A stretch of 64,000 nt of DNA from Cyanophora paradoxa CCMP329 (Eukaryota > Plantae > Glaucophyta), in the NCBI GenBank assembly GCA_004431415.1, contig QPMI01000288.1, positions 3,756 to 67,755 of the forward strand, written 5' to 3'. How positions within the stretch are numbered: position 1 is the first letter of the stretch; the number at the start of each line of letters is the position of its first letter. Below, piece by piece: positions 11,901 to 23,147 of the stretch. The notes under the pieces are model-generated. The model did not search any database, had not been told where the DNA came from, and worked only from the letters and a program-made list of their open reading frames with translations. A program made the translations under genes and the position numbers.

Positions 11901-14441
11901 TACCCCCGCCGCCCGCCCCGCCCCGGCCTCCGCCCCCCGCCCCCTGACCGTCGGCGCTTCGCCGGCAGGTGAGCATCGAGCACACAGACTCGCAGGGGTA
12001 CCACCTCCGCGTCCCCAAGACGGTGCCCGCGCGGCGCCCTGCGCCTCAACGCCGCGCCGCCGTCGCGGGGCCGAGGGCGACCCCGCGGGCCCGCGCAGTG
12101 CCAGAAGAGCATCACAGGGAACCCCAGCTACCACCAGGTGCCCAGCCACCGCCGCAGCGCAGGCGCCTGCAGCCCCGCGGGGGGCGTGACGCGCGAGCAG
12201 ATCCAGGCGCTGAAGGCGGGCATCAAGTTCACCTCCAAGAAGATGAAGGTGCCTGCCCCGCGCCCCGACCCCGCCTCCCCCTCCCCGCCCCCTGGCCTTC
12301 TCCCGCCCCCCGACGATCAATGTCTCGAGGGGCGCCCGCTGGAGCCTGCGGCGGGGCGGGAGGCGGGTGGTGACGTGGGGGGCGGGGCGGGCAGGGGCTT
12401 TCGACGGAGTACACGGCGGCGTGCGCCGAGTACAGCGAGAAGCAGGCCAGCCTCGTCGCCCGCGCCGTCGAGATCGCAGGCACCCCCCCCCCCCCCCGGC
12501 CCCCCCCCCCCCCCCCCCGCGCACCGGCCTCCCCGGGCGAGCCGGCGGGGCGCAGCGAGCTACGTGCCGGTGATGGAGGAGTGCACGGCGCTCGTCTCGG
12601 AGCTCGACGTGCTGCTCGCCTTCGCGGTCGTCGCCGCGAGCGCCGCGACGCCCTACGTCCGCCCCGCCGTCACGGGCCTCGGCGAGGGCGGCGCCGTCGA
12701 CCTCGTCGCCTGCAGGTGCGCCCTCCCCGCCCCACGTCCCCCGCCCCGCCTCGCTCTGTGCCCGCTCAGCCCCCTCCAGGCACCCCGTGATGGAGGCGCT
12801 CGACGACATGGGGCGCGGCTTCATCCCCAACGACGTCCGCCTCGTCCCGGGTACACCTGTATTCCTCGTCTCTCCCGCCTGCCGCCCCCGCGCCGACGGG
12901 GGCCCCCAGGCGAGAGCACCTTCCAGATTGTGACGGGGCCTAACATGGGCGGCAAGTCCACCTACATCCGCATGGTACCCCTCCCTCCTCTCCATCGCTC
13001 GACCCCCGGAGAGCCTCACTGTACCCAGGCCGGCGTGGTGGTCCTTATGGCTCAGGTCGGCTCCTTCGTGCCTTGCGAGCGCGCCGAGGTCCGCCCCCGT
13101 ACCCCGGGCCCGAGTCGCCCCCCCGTGACGTGGCGTATTCCAGGTCTCCGTACGCGACTGCATCCTCGCCCGCGTCGGCGCCGGCGACTCGCAGGTGCAC
13201 CGCACCCCCGCGCGACACTCGTGCGGTACCCCCACACGCCCCGTTCCTTCTCCCCGCAGCTGCGCGGCGTCTCGACGTTCATGTCCGAGATGCTCGAGAC
13301 TGCCGCCATCCTCAAGGTACCCCCCCCCCCCGCTCGCCCCCTCATGTACCCCTCCTCTTCTCATTACTGCGTTTAGACCGCGACGGACCGGTCACTGGTC
13401 ATCGTCGACGAGCTGGGGAGGGGTACGTCGACGTACGACGGCTTCGGCCTGGCGTGGGCAATCTCGGAGTGAGAGGCCCTTCCCTCCCGTGGGCGCCCGA
13501 AGAGGCCGGGGCCTGAAAAATAGCGCGTACCCGGCAGGCACCTGGTGCAGGAGGTGCGGGCGATGTGCCTCTTCGCGACGCACTTCCACGAGCTGACGGC
13601 CCTCGAGGCGAGCGATCCTCTTCCCCGCCGCCTGCCTCCCCGCGCCTGAGGCCGCCCCCCGCACCCGCGCCCGCCCCCTGCAGGGCACGCTCCCCGGGGT
13701 CGTCAACTACCACGTGACGGCGCACACCGAGAACAACACCCTCACCATGCTGTCCGCCCCCGCGCCCCGCTCCCGCCGCCTCCCTGACCGCAGGGTGGGG
13801 CAGATACCGGGTGCGGAAGGGCCCGTGCGACCAGAGCTTCGGCATCCACGTGGCCGAGCTCGTCCACTTCCCCGACTCCGTCATCCAGGCGCGCGCTCGC
13901 GGCCTGGCAGCGGAGGCGGGCCCCCTCTGAAGGCTCGCGCGCCGCGCAGCTGGCGAAGAGGAAGGCGCGGGAGCTCGAGACCTTCGAGGCGGCCGCCCAG
14001 CCCGAGGCCCCGCACGCCGGTGCGCCCCGCCCCCGCCCCGCCCCCGCCCCCGCCCCGCGCTCACGTCCGGACGCTGCCGCCTCGTCGCCGGCAGAGGCGA
14101 CGCCGTCGAAGCGGCGGAGGAGAGAGGAGCTCTCCGCAGACGAGAAGGCGCCGGCCTGCGCGCGGGGCGGCCTCGGTGCGCCTCTGAGGGGGCGTGGCGG
14201 GCGCAGGCGGCGGGGCGGGGGGCGATGGAGCGGTTCGTGCGGGGCCTGCTGGCGCTCGGGGCCGAGGCCGGCGCCCTCTCCGACGACGACCTCCTCCGCA
14301 CCGTCTCCAAGCTCAAGGCGCCCCGCCCCGCCCCGCCCCGAGCCCCCGCCCCGCCTCACCGCCGGCCCGGCCGCGCAGGCGGAGGTGGACCGCGAGGCGG
14401 CCGGCAACGCCTACGTGCGCGACGTCCTCGCCCTCGCCTAG
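8992..14441 (+). CDS. MSH2: DNA mismatch repair protein MSH2 (about 38 exons)
   Basis: [63 protein letters not shown], Walker [91 protein letters not shown]; TAG at 14439-14441. Confidence 0.97.
10631..10700. repeat. (TTTCC)n pyrimidine microsatellite in MSH2 intron 11
   Basis: Direct reading of the sequence. Confidence 0.85.
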
Positions 14442-15964
14442 GGGCCCCCCGCCCCCCGGCCCCCGCCCCCGAGCCCCCAGCGCCTGCAGCCCGCATGCGC
14501 CCCGGCACTCCCCTTCCCCCGCCCCTCGCTTCCCTCATTCCGACTGTTAGTACCCTAATCATGTTTTTGTACCGAGAAAAAGCTTTTTAAGCTTGCTACC
14601 GCTTGCTACCGTGCTGTACGACTAACTCTCATAGCGTCGGCTCCTACTCACGATAACACCTCCTAGGCAAATTAAAAAAAATCATGAATATAGGCTCGGA
14701 ATTGAACTCGGAATTCGAAGCCTTGCTAGCCCTTTAAAACAATTAAGGGGGGACACTCAGCGACTAGCCTGATATTACTAAGTTTCTTTGCTACGAACAT
14801 AGCGGTGTGGTTATCATACACGCTTTTCATGTCATGCCTTCCGTGTTCGAATCGCCCTGCGATGAGAACCACGTCTTCGAATCCCGCCCGTTCCACATAA
14901 TTCCGATCGATCATGCCCCACCTTGCCTGTACACGCCCCCACAGTGCTGGAGTAGATTAGAGGCTGTGGCCGGTAATTCACCAAAAAAAAAAAAACTTGA
15001 AATCACACACAAATTGCAAGGGGGGGTACCCCCTCCCTTGCTCCCCTGCAGCTGGTGAATTAATATTGGTGCGGCGTACTTTCTGTGTTAGCAATTTTTG
15101 TAAGATGCGATTCTTTGCATGCGCTCTCGTATAGGCGTGATCACATCGTAGCCGCTGCGAGAGGCGGAAAAAAATGCAAGGGCGGGGCTGCGCAAACATG
15201 TCGAGCTCGCGCCTCACCTGCTATCGCTATATGCGCCAAACCACGTGCACCTGAATGCTCTCAATGCGCTCTACAAACTCTGTCATACATGCCTTGGCTC
15301 TAGAAGCGGCGCGTGGCTCGCTAGGCCGCCTCAAGTACCTGTTGTACCGGGCGCCGAAAAAAGCGCTCCTGCGAGTTCAGGGGATATCGTGTTGCAGTAC
15401 CCGGCCAGATAGCCCCCCCATAGCCTTGAACCGGGTACGCGTCACCCGGCCCTTCGCCCGGGTCCGCGGACGACAAACGTAGTCGCAAGCGAAGGTCAGC
15501 TTTGCTCGAGCCCCATCGCAGCCGCTTGGCTGCCATACTGGCGGCAAATGCACTCGCTGCGCATGCTGGAAGCACTTCGCTCGACCGGACACGTTGGCAC
15601 GTGAGAGAGTGCAGAAAGAAGGCGCCCACTACGCAGCGTCACGGCGTTCCGGTGCGCGCCCGGCTGCGTCGCGGCCTCGAGCTCGGCCTATAGCTACGCT
15701 CACGGTTTCTAGATCTGACGGACTCCGGTTCAAGCAGACTTCAGCTCGGCGTTGTCATTCTCTTCAAGCACAAGAACCTGCACAAGCACGTTCGTCAGTG
15801 CCGGAAGAAGGCGCCCGCGACGCCGCCTTCCGGTGCGCGCCGCTTGCAATTGGCCGAGGCCGCGCCGATGGTTCTGCAGCTGCAGCTGACTGCCGGCGCC
15901 TTTCGCCCGCCGACCGCAGATCCGAGCTTCAGCAGCAGCAACCTCTGACGCGTGGCCATGGGTC

Positions 15965-16074
15965 TGGCCTCGCCTCTAGCAGCAGCCTCTAGCAGCAGCA
16001 GCCTCGCCGGCGCCTGGCCTCTAGCAGCAGCCTCTAGCAGCAGCAGCCTCGCCTGGCCTCTAGCAGCAGCCTCT
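15965..16074. repeat. Tandem repeat on core GCCTCTAGCAGCA(GCA)
   Basis: About five CCTCTAGCAGCA units in a higher-order repeat of about 40-45 nt, within the gene-free MSH2/HK interval. Confidence 0.85.
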
Positions 16075-17220
16075 CACGCGTGGGCACGTTGTCGGAGTGA
16101 ACCTGCATCTGCCATATTGGTCTGCATCGGCCCGCGCGCGCCACGCTGCCCTCGCGCACCGATGCCGGCGCCATGCAGCCGGCGGCAGGCTCGAGAGACA
16201 AGTGACGGCGCGGCTCGACGGGCGGGGCGGGAGCGCGGCGGGCTGGGTGCGGCTCGCCGGTCAAGCATGCGCATGCGCAGGCTATGAACAGGGCGCGGCG
16301 CCACTGCGGCCACCTGCCGCCGCTCCGCCCGCTTCCTCGCCCGCCGCCCCGCCGGCTGCTTCAACTTCGTCGACTCCAGGTTCGCCACGCCGCTGCTGCT
16401 GCGCACCTGACCCGGCCGACCCCGCTGGGCCCTGCCCCCGCATAGTCGCTGTCCAGGGAGAGCTGACGTCGGCTCTGCGCATGCGCAGGCTAAGTGCATC
16501 CCACTGCCTCTCAGACTCTCCTCCCACTTTCACGCCCGCCGCCGCCCTCGCCTGTCCGCCGCCGCCGCTCGCCACCCCTGCCCGCCTCGCCACCCCACCC
16601 AGGCCCGTCCGCCCGCCCGCCTCTCTGACCCCGCACCCCCCCCCCCCCCCCCTTCCCCCTCCCCCGCCCCGGCGCCCGCCTCGCCCGGCCGCCCGCCTCG
16701 CGTCTCTGCCCCCCCCCCCCCCCCCCTCTCAAGACCCCTGCAATGTGCACAAGTACCCCCCCTTGCACCTCCGCGCGCGGCCTGTACTTGCCGCACTTGC
16801 GCACGGCCGGGCGCGGTCTGCTAGTTAAACGTTAGGCCTGAAGGGTACTAATACTATTCAATGATTCCACGTGCACTGGACACGGCTGCTAAGTTGCCAA
16901 GTTGCAAAGATAAAAGTTAAGTTGCCACAATTCGATTAGCAAAACCAAAAATAGAACTGTCACTTACTTAAAAAAAATTTGACGACGCTTTGAGCGCCTA
17001 GCTAAATATCAACCACTGCACTGTACTCAGTTCAGTATACAGAGCGCCAAAACCCTGAGGTGCGCGGAGCGCCGGTGGCGCAGGATTTTGAAGATTGCTG
17101 GCCGCCGGGCCACTGGGCCAGTACTCGAGCTGAACAGCACACCGTACAAGGGATCAGTCCTGGCCAAGATGAGATGAGGCTGGTCGCTCCAAAACTGGTG
17201 TGCGGACGCTCACGGATCGA

Positions 17221-20200
17221 TCAGGGCGTCGCTGCGGGGTGGCTCTGCGGGGCTCCCGCACGCTCAGGGTGCGGTGCGGGGGCGGGGGGGGGGGAGGGCG
17301 GGGCGGACGGCGGGGTCGGGGAGGGAGGCGAGGAGCGCCCCGAAGTCGACCTTGCGGCACGGCTTCCCCACGAAGCGCGCGAAGCCTGCCGCCCCGGCGC
17401 CCCCCTCGAGGCCGCCCCCGCCCTCTCCCGGAGCGGGCGGCGCGCACCGGCCGCCTCGCACTTCTGGCGCGTCTGCTCCCCCGCGCACGCCGTCCAGGCG
17501 ACCAGCACGGGCGCCGGCCGCCCGTGCCGCAGCGCGAGCAGCTGGATCTGCGGGGGCCGGGGTGAGGGCGGCGCCGGGAGGCGGGTGGGCGCGGGGGCGG
17601 GCCTCGGAGGCGGCCTCGAGGCCCGTGAGGCGCGGCATCTGAAGGTCTGCGGCGGGGGCCGTCAGCGCGGGCGAGGGGGCGCTCGAGGCGGGGGGCACCG
17701 AGGATGACGAGGTCGTGCGGCGCCTCCTCCCGCAGCGCCGCCCGAAGCGCTCCACTGCGCCCCGTCCGCCCCGTCCCGCCCCGCTCGCCCCGCGAGGCGG
17801 CGCGGGGCGGCGCGGCGCGGGGGCGGACCGGCGTCGAGGCCGTCGCGGGCCTCCTCGACGGCGGCGACGCCGAGGCTCGCGAGGAGCTTCGAGGCGAGCA
17901 TCCGGTTCACCTGCTCCCCAGCTCAGCGACCCGCGCCCCAGTGGCGGGCGCGAGGGGCCGGCGGGCGCGCCTGCTCGTCGTCCGCAAGCAGCACGCGGCA
18001 CGCGTGGCGCGCCGGCGCCGGCGCAGGCGGCCCCTCCGCCCCCTCGCCACCGCCCGCCCCGCCCCGGGGCGCCAGGCGCGCCGGGGGCGGGGGCGAGGGC
18101 GAGGCGCCGCCGAGGGCGTCGCGGGGGCTCGAGGGGCTGCCGCTGCCGCCGAGGACGGCCGGGGAGGAGGGGCGGCGCCCGATGCGCCAGCCCCAGACGG
18201 CGGAGGCGCCCGAGGCGACGGTGCGCGCGTGCGGCTCGGCGGCCGAGGCGCGGCGCGGCTGCCGCGGCCCCGCCCCGCCTCCTCGCGCCCGGGGAAGACC
18301 TCGCCCGCCTCGCCAGGGCTCCCAGCGCCTCCCGGCTGCCCCGCCGCCCGCCAGGCCCGAGGCGGCGCCCTCGCCGGCCGCCCCAGCCCGCGCCCCCCGC
18401 AGGCGAGCCCAGCGAGCGGCGGGGCGGCGGCGGCGGCGGCCGGCATCGTCGGAGCCGAGGCTGAGGCCGGCAGGCGCGGGGCGGAGGAGGCCCTCCCGAG
18501 CCGGGGGCCGGGGGAAGAGGCCGCCGGGGGCGAGCGGGGGCGCCTCCCTGGGCGGGTCGGGGCCGGGGCGGGGGCCTCCGGGTGGGGTGGCGGGCGGTGA
18601 TGAGGGGCAGGAGGGCGGAGGCGGTGCGGGATGCGGCGGGGGCCCCGGCGCCTCCTCCACGCGAGCCACCCGCTCGCCGCGCGTCGGCGTGAGGGCGCCC
18701 GGCCCCAGCGCGAAGAGCGCCCCCGCCGAGGCGGCCGGGGCGGGGAGGGGCGAGGCGAGGGGCGACATGGCCGGCGTCGCCATGCAGGAGAGCGTGCTCG
18801 GGGGCGTGCGCGGCCCCGCCCCGGGGCCCGCGCACCGGAGCCGGCGGAGCCCGAGGCGGGGCGTGGGCGGCGGCGGCGTGGGCGGCGTGAAGGGCGTAGT
18901 TGCCCGAGCGGCCGCGGAGGCGCTCGGTGCACCAGAGGAGGCAGACGCCGTCGCGGAAGGCCGCCCGCTCCTCCCCAGCGGCTCGAAGGGGCGCCGCATC
19001 GCCGAGGCGCCCCGGCCCAGCCGGCCCCGACGACTGCGCACGCGCGGGGTGAGGGCCGCAAGGCGAGAGCAGCGGGGCGCGGGCGCACGAGGGTGGATGA
19101 GGCCGGCGAGGGCGGCACGGGGGCCCCGCGCCCCCCGAGGCGCTCGAGATCGCCGGCGAGGCGCACGGCGGCTGCCCCGCGCGCGCGCGATCAGCGCCCC
19201 GCGCCCCGGCGGGGGAAAGCACCCTCTCTTATTGTCCTCGTGCGCTCTTGCGGGCCAAGAGGGAAAGGGGGCGAGTGTATGCGTGGAGGTGGAGGGCCGG
19301 GGCGGGTGGCGGGTGGCGGGGCGGGGCGGGGCGGACGCAGGCGCGGAAGGCGTCGAGGTGCTCGTCGGGGCCGGCGTCCTCCAGCGGCACCGTGCACGTG
19401 AACGTCGACCTGCCCCGCCTGAGGCCCCCAGCCGGGGGGGGGCCCGGGGGAGGCGCCGCCCCGCGCACCCCTGCCCGAGGACCGAGCGGACGTCGATGCG
19501 GCCGCCGAGCTCCCGCACGAGCCCGTCCACGATCGCCAGGCCCAGCCTGCCGCCCCGCCGCCTCGGCTCAGCCCGCCGCCACCCCGCCCTTGGCGCCGCC
19601 TGGCGGCGGGCAGCATCGCCAGGGGGCGCACCCCGTGCCCTTGTTCTTGTTAAGCATCACGTCGCCGAGCTGCGAGAAGCGCTGGAAGACTGCGCCGGAG
19701 GGCGGCGTGAGGCAAGGCAGAGTCGAGGGCCTTCCGGCGGCGCCGCGCGGCGGGGCGGGGCGGCCGCTCGCGCACGTTTGGGGGCGTCCTCGGGCGCGAT
19801 GCCCCGCCCCGTGTCCGCCACCGCCAGCGAGAGCCAAAGGCGGCGCCGCCCGGGGGCCCGGCGGCAGGCGGGGGCGGGAGCGCGGGGGCGGGGCGCGGGC
19901 GGGGAGGAGGAAGGGGCGCGGGAGGCGACGGGCTCGGGGTCGAGGGAGCCGGAGGAGGGGCGGGAGGAGGCCTCGGGATGGTCGGCTGCCGCGAGGCGAA
20001 CGAGGCCGCCCGCGAGCGCAGCGCCGCCGCCGAGAGCCGCGCCAGCCGCGCCACCGCCGCCCCCGCGCCGCCCCGCCCCGCCCCGCCCCCGCCCCGCTCT
20101 CGCCCTCGGCCTGGGGCCCGCGCTGGGGCCGCGCTCGGTGCGCAGGGCCGGTGACGAGGGCGCAGAGACGGCCTCGCGCCCGCCGCGCCCCTCGGCGCTG

Positions 20201-22668
20201 CCGGCGGCGGCCGGGGCGGGCGCGGGGCGGGTGGAGAGAGAGGGCGTGACGGGCTGCACGCGCGCGCGCGCGCGAGCGGCGTCAGTCGCGGGAGGAGCGC
20301 GGGGGGAGGAGGGGAGGGGGGAGGGGGGAGGGGGGGGGGGGGGGGGGGGGGGGCGGGGGTGCTCGGCGCGGGGCTCGCTCACCTGCCGGAGCGGGAGCGG
20401 GAGCGGTGCCGGGGCCGCCCGGCGCGCTGCCGCGCCTCCGAGCTCGACGAGGCGCGGCCGTCGGCCCCGGCCCCGGGCCCGGCCGGCTCCTCGGCGGGGC
20501 CCAGCGTCGCGGCCGCCCCGGCCTCCTCCTCCGTGCTGGCGACCCACACGCGCATGCAGACCTCCCCCTCGCTCGTGAACTCTGCCGCGAGGCGCCGCTC
20601 GCGCACGCGGGGGGAGGGGGCGGGGCGGTGCGGCGCCGGGCGGGCGCACTGCAGGCGTTGGAGAGGAGGTTCATCAGGATCTGGCGGAGCTTGTGGGAAT
20701 CGCCGACTGCCACTCTGCAGGCGGCGGGGGCGACCTGGCAGAGGGGACTGAGATCGCGCATGTGCAGCAGAGGGGGCTGCCACGGGGGCACTCACGAGGA
20801 GGCGCAGCGCCACCGGGCCGCCCATGAAGCGGCCCCAGAGCACGTCCATCAGGGAGCAGAGAAAGGGCACCAGCACGAAGCTGCGCGCGAGGCGAGCTCG
20901 CGGGGGGAGGCGGGCGGGGGCCGGGGGGCGGGGCGGGGCGAGGAGGCACCGCTCGGCGCGGACGCCGGCGGCCGCCCCGAACTGGATCTTTGCGAAATCT
21001 GGCCGGGGGGGGGGGGGGGGGGGGGGGCGTCTTGCGGGGGAGAAGAAGGGGAGGTGTGGGGAGGGGCGGACCGAGGAGGTCGTTGACGAGCTCGAGCATG
21101 CCGCTCGCCGCCGTCGCCATGATGTCCAGCAGCGAGCGCTGCCCCGCCCCGCCCCCGCACCCGTCACCACGCGAGCCGCGAGGGGCCCCCTCCGCCCGCG
21201 GCGCCTCGCCTGGTCGTCGGGCATGGGGTACTCGGACATCAGCTCGCTCATCCCGATGATCGCCGTCAGCGGCGTCCGCAGCTGCGCCCGCGGCGAGGCC
21301 GCCGCGCGTGTCGGGAGGAGGGAGAAGGGCGGGGCGGCGGGGCGGGGGAAGGGAGGGGGCGAGCGGGGGCGACCTCGTGGGTGATGTTTGCTTCGGGGGC
21401 GACGCCAAGGCGGGCGCTCAGAAGAAGCGGGGCACGCGGGGGCGGCGCGCGGCGCACCCGTGAAGCGGTCCTTGGCGTCAGCCGCCTCCCGGGCGTGCAC
21501 CAGCGCCTCCAGCAGCCGCCGCTGGCTCTCCCGCACGAAGAAGGTGATCAGCTGCCGCCCCCCGCCCCTCAGCTGCCCCGCCCCGCCCGCCCCGCACCGC
21601 CCCCGCCGCACCCCCGTCGTCGCCACCGTCACGCCGTAGTTAGACCAGACGCTGTGGGCGGGGTGAGGGGGCGGAGAGGGAGGGGCGTGAGGGGGCGAGG
21701 GGCGCCCGCACTTAAGCCAGCACAGGGGGTCCTCGATTTGGTGCGTCGCCCAGGCGACCCCCGCCGTGACCACCGCCCCGAAGATGCCCAGGTGGAGCCT
21801 GCCGCCGGCAGCGGGGCGAGGAGCTCAGCGAGGGCGGGGCCGGCCAGGCCGCAGCAGAGCCTGACGCCGCGCCGCACGAACGCACAGCGGGCAGCACATG
21901 GCGAGCATGAGGGACATCATCGAGATGTAGAAGACCTGCCGGCGGCTGGTCGGGGGCGGCGGGCGGCGCGGGCGGCGGGGGCCCGGGAGGGGGACCATCT
22001 CGAAGCTGCAGGCGCGGATCTGGGCGGCGGCGAGGCGGGCCTCGAGCTCGGGGCCGCCCCCGGCCGCCGCAAGGGACGCGGCGTTCGCGGCCGACGTCAC
22101 CTCCCGCAGCGGCATCAGCGCCGCCGGCAGCGCCAGGATCTGACGCACCCGAGGCCCCCGCCCTCGCCTCGCTTCCCCGCGCCCCGCGGCGCTGCGCCGG
22201 GCGGGCTGGAGGCCGGGCGCACGCTGCAGGAGACCAGAATCGTGCAGACGTGGCGACCACCGCAGGACGCGTACGTGTACGCAACGAGGCAGATGGCGAG
22301 CTCCAGGGCTGATCTCCAGCCGGCTCCGTTGAAGGAGTAGATCCCCGCGAGCGCCCGCACCGAGATGGAGACGATGGAGATCTGGCGGCCGCGCGCGTGA
22401 GCTTCCGAGCTAAAAGCTTCAGCCCGAGCCGCCCGCGGCGCGCACGGCAATCATCGTCCTGCTCGGGGCGGCAGGGGCAAGATCAGCGGGTCAGAGAGAG
22501 CGGCGGGGGCGGGCCGGCGGGGGGCTTTTCCGGGAACCTGGTCAGCTTCTTCTGTAGGTCGGCCATCGGGTCATCCACGAGATCGCCGCCGCCGGCGAAA
22601 AGGTCACCGACAGCCCCGATGACGGGAAAGCGCCGTCGGGGCCGAAGCGGCGGGGCGGTAGGCGGCAT
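17221..22668 (-). CDS. Membrane-bound hybrid sensor histidine kinase (TM-HisKA-HATPase-REC)
   Basis: N-terminal TM segments; H-box AKDRFTANITHE|LRTPLTAIIG; GDSHKLRQILMNLLSNA; VADTGRGIA; FQRFSQ..KGTG|LGLAIVDGLVRELGGRIDVRS..G|STF; REC VLLADD..N, DLVILD|LQMPRLTG, AWTA, FVGKP. Confidence 0.93.
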
Positions 22669-23147
22669 TGCTCAGCTGCTCGATTGACGCGTGCGTGTCG
22701 ATAGTCACCGGGATTAGCCTGCTGCTCCCACGTTCAGCTCCGAAGCTCAGTCGACATCGCTGTTGCTCGTCAACACACACTTTAGCTAAGCCTGGCGGCG
22801 CACTAGCCAGCCGTAGTTGATCATCGGTCGCGGTCGCGCAACCGACACTCCGGGATTCTTTGAGGAACTTTTGCCAAGTTGACGCGCATGTATACGCGAT
22901 CGATCGCAGACGTAGACGGGCCTAGGCGCCCTGCAGTAGGCGGTTAACGCGTATTGCAAATTGCGGATCTGCGCTGAAGTGCTGCTGTTATTCTCTCGCG
23001 GAGGTAACCGTGCCCGCTCCAACCCCCCCAGCCAACCTAAACGTACCCCTTCAAGCCCGTCGATTTTCGATCGGATCGGAGCAGTTACACACGAGCGTCG
23101 GCCGCACGTATACATTAGTGGCGCGCGCGCCGGCGCGAACGCTGGCG

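Noticed and set aside
14726-14914. 62-aa minus-strand ORF as a transposase or viral fragment; adjacent TTAA-GGGGG as a TIR end
   Set aside because: No recognisable motif, and no matching inverted end found.
17735-17760. Apparent 1-nt frameshift in the HK receiver domain (AVERF vs RAALREEAPHDL)
   Set aside because: Resolved by one missing base or by a nearby GAG acceptor. All motifs are intact, so it is not called a pseudogene; reads are needed.
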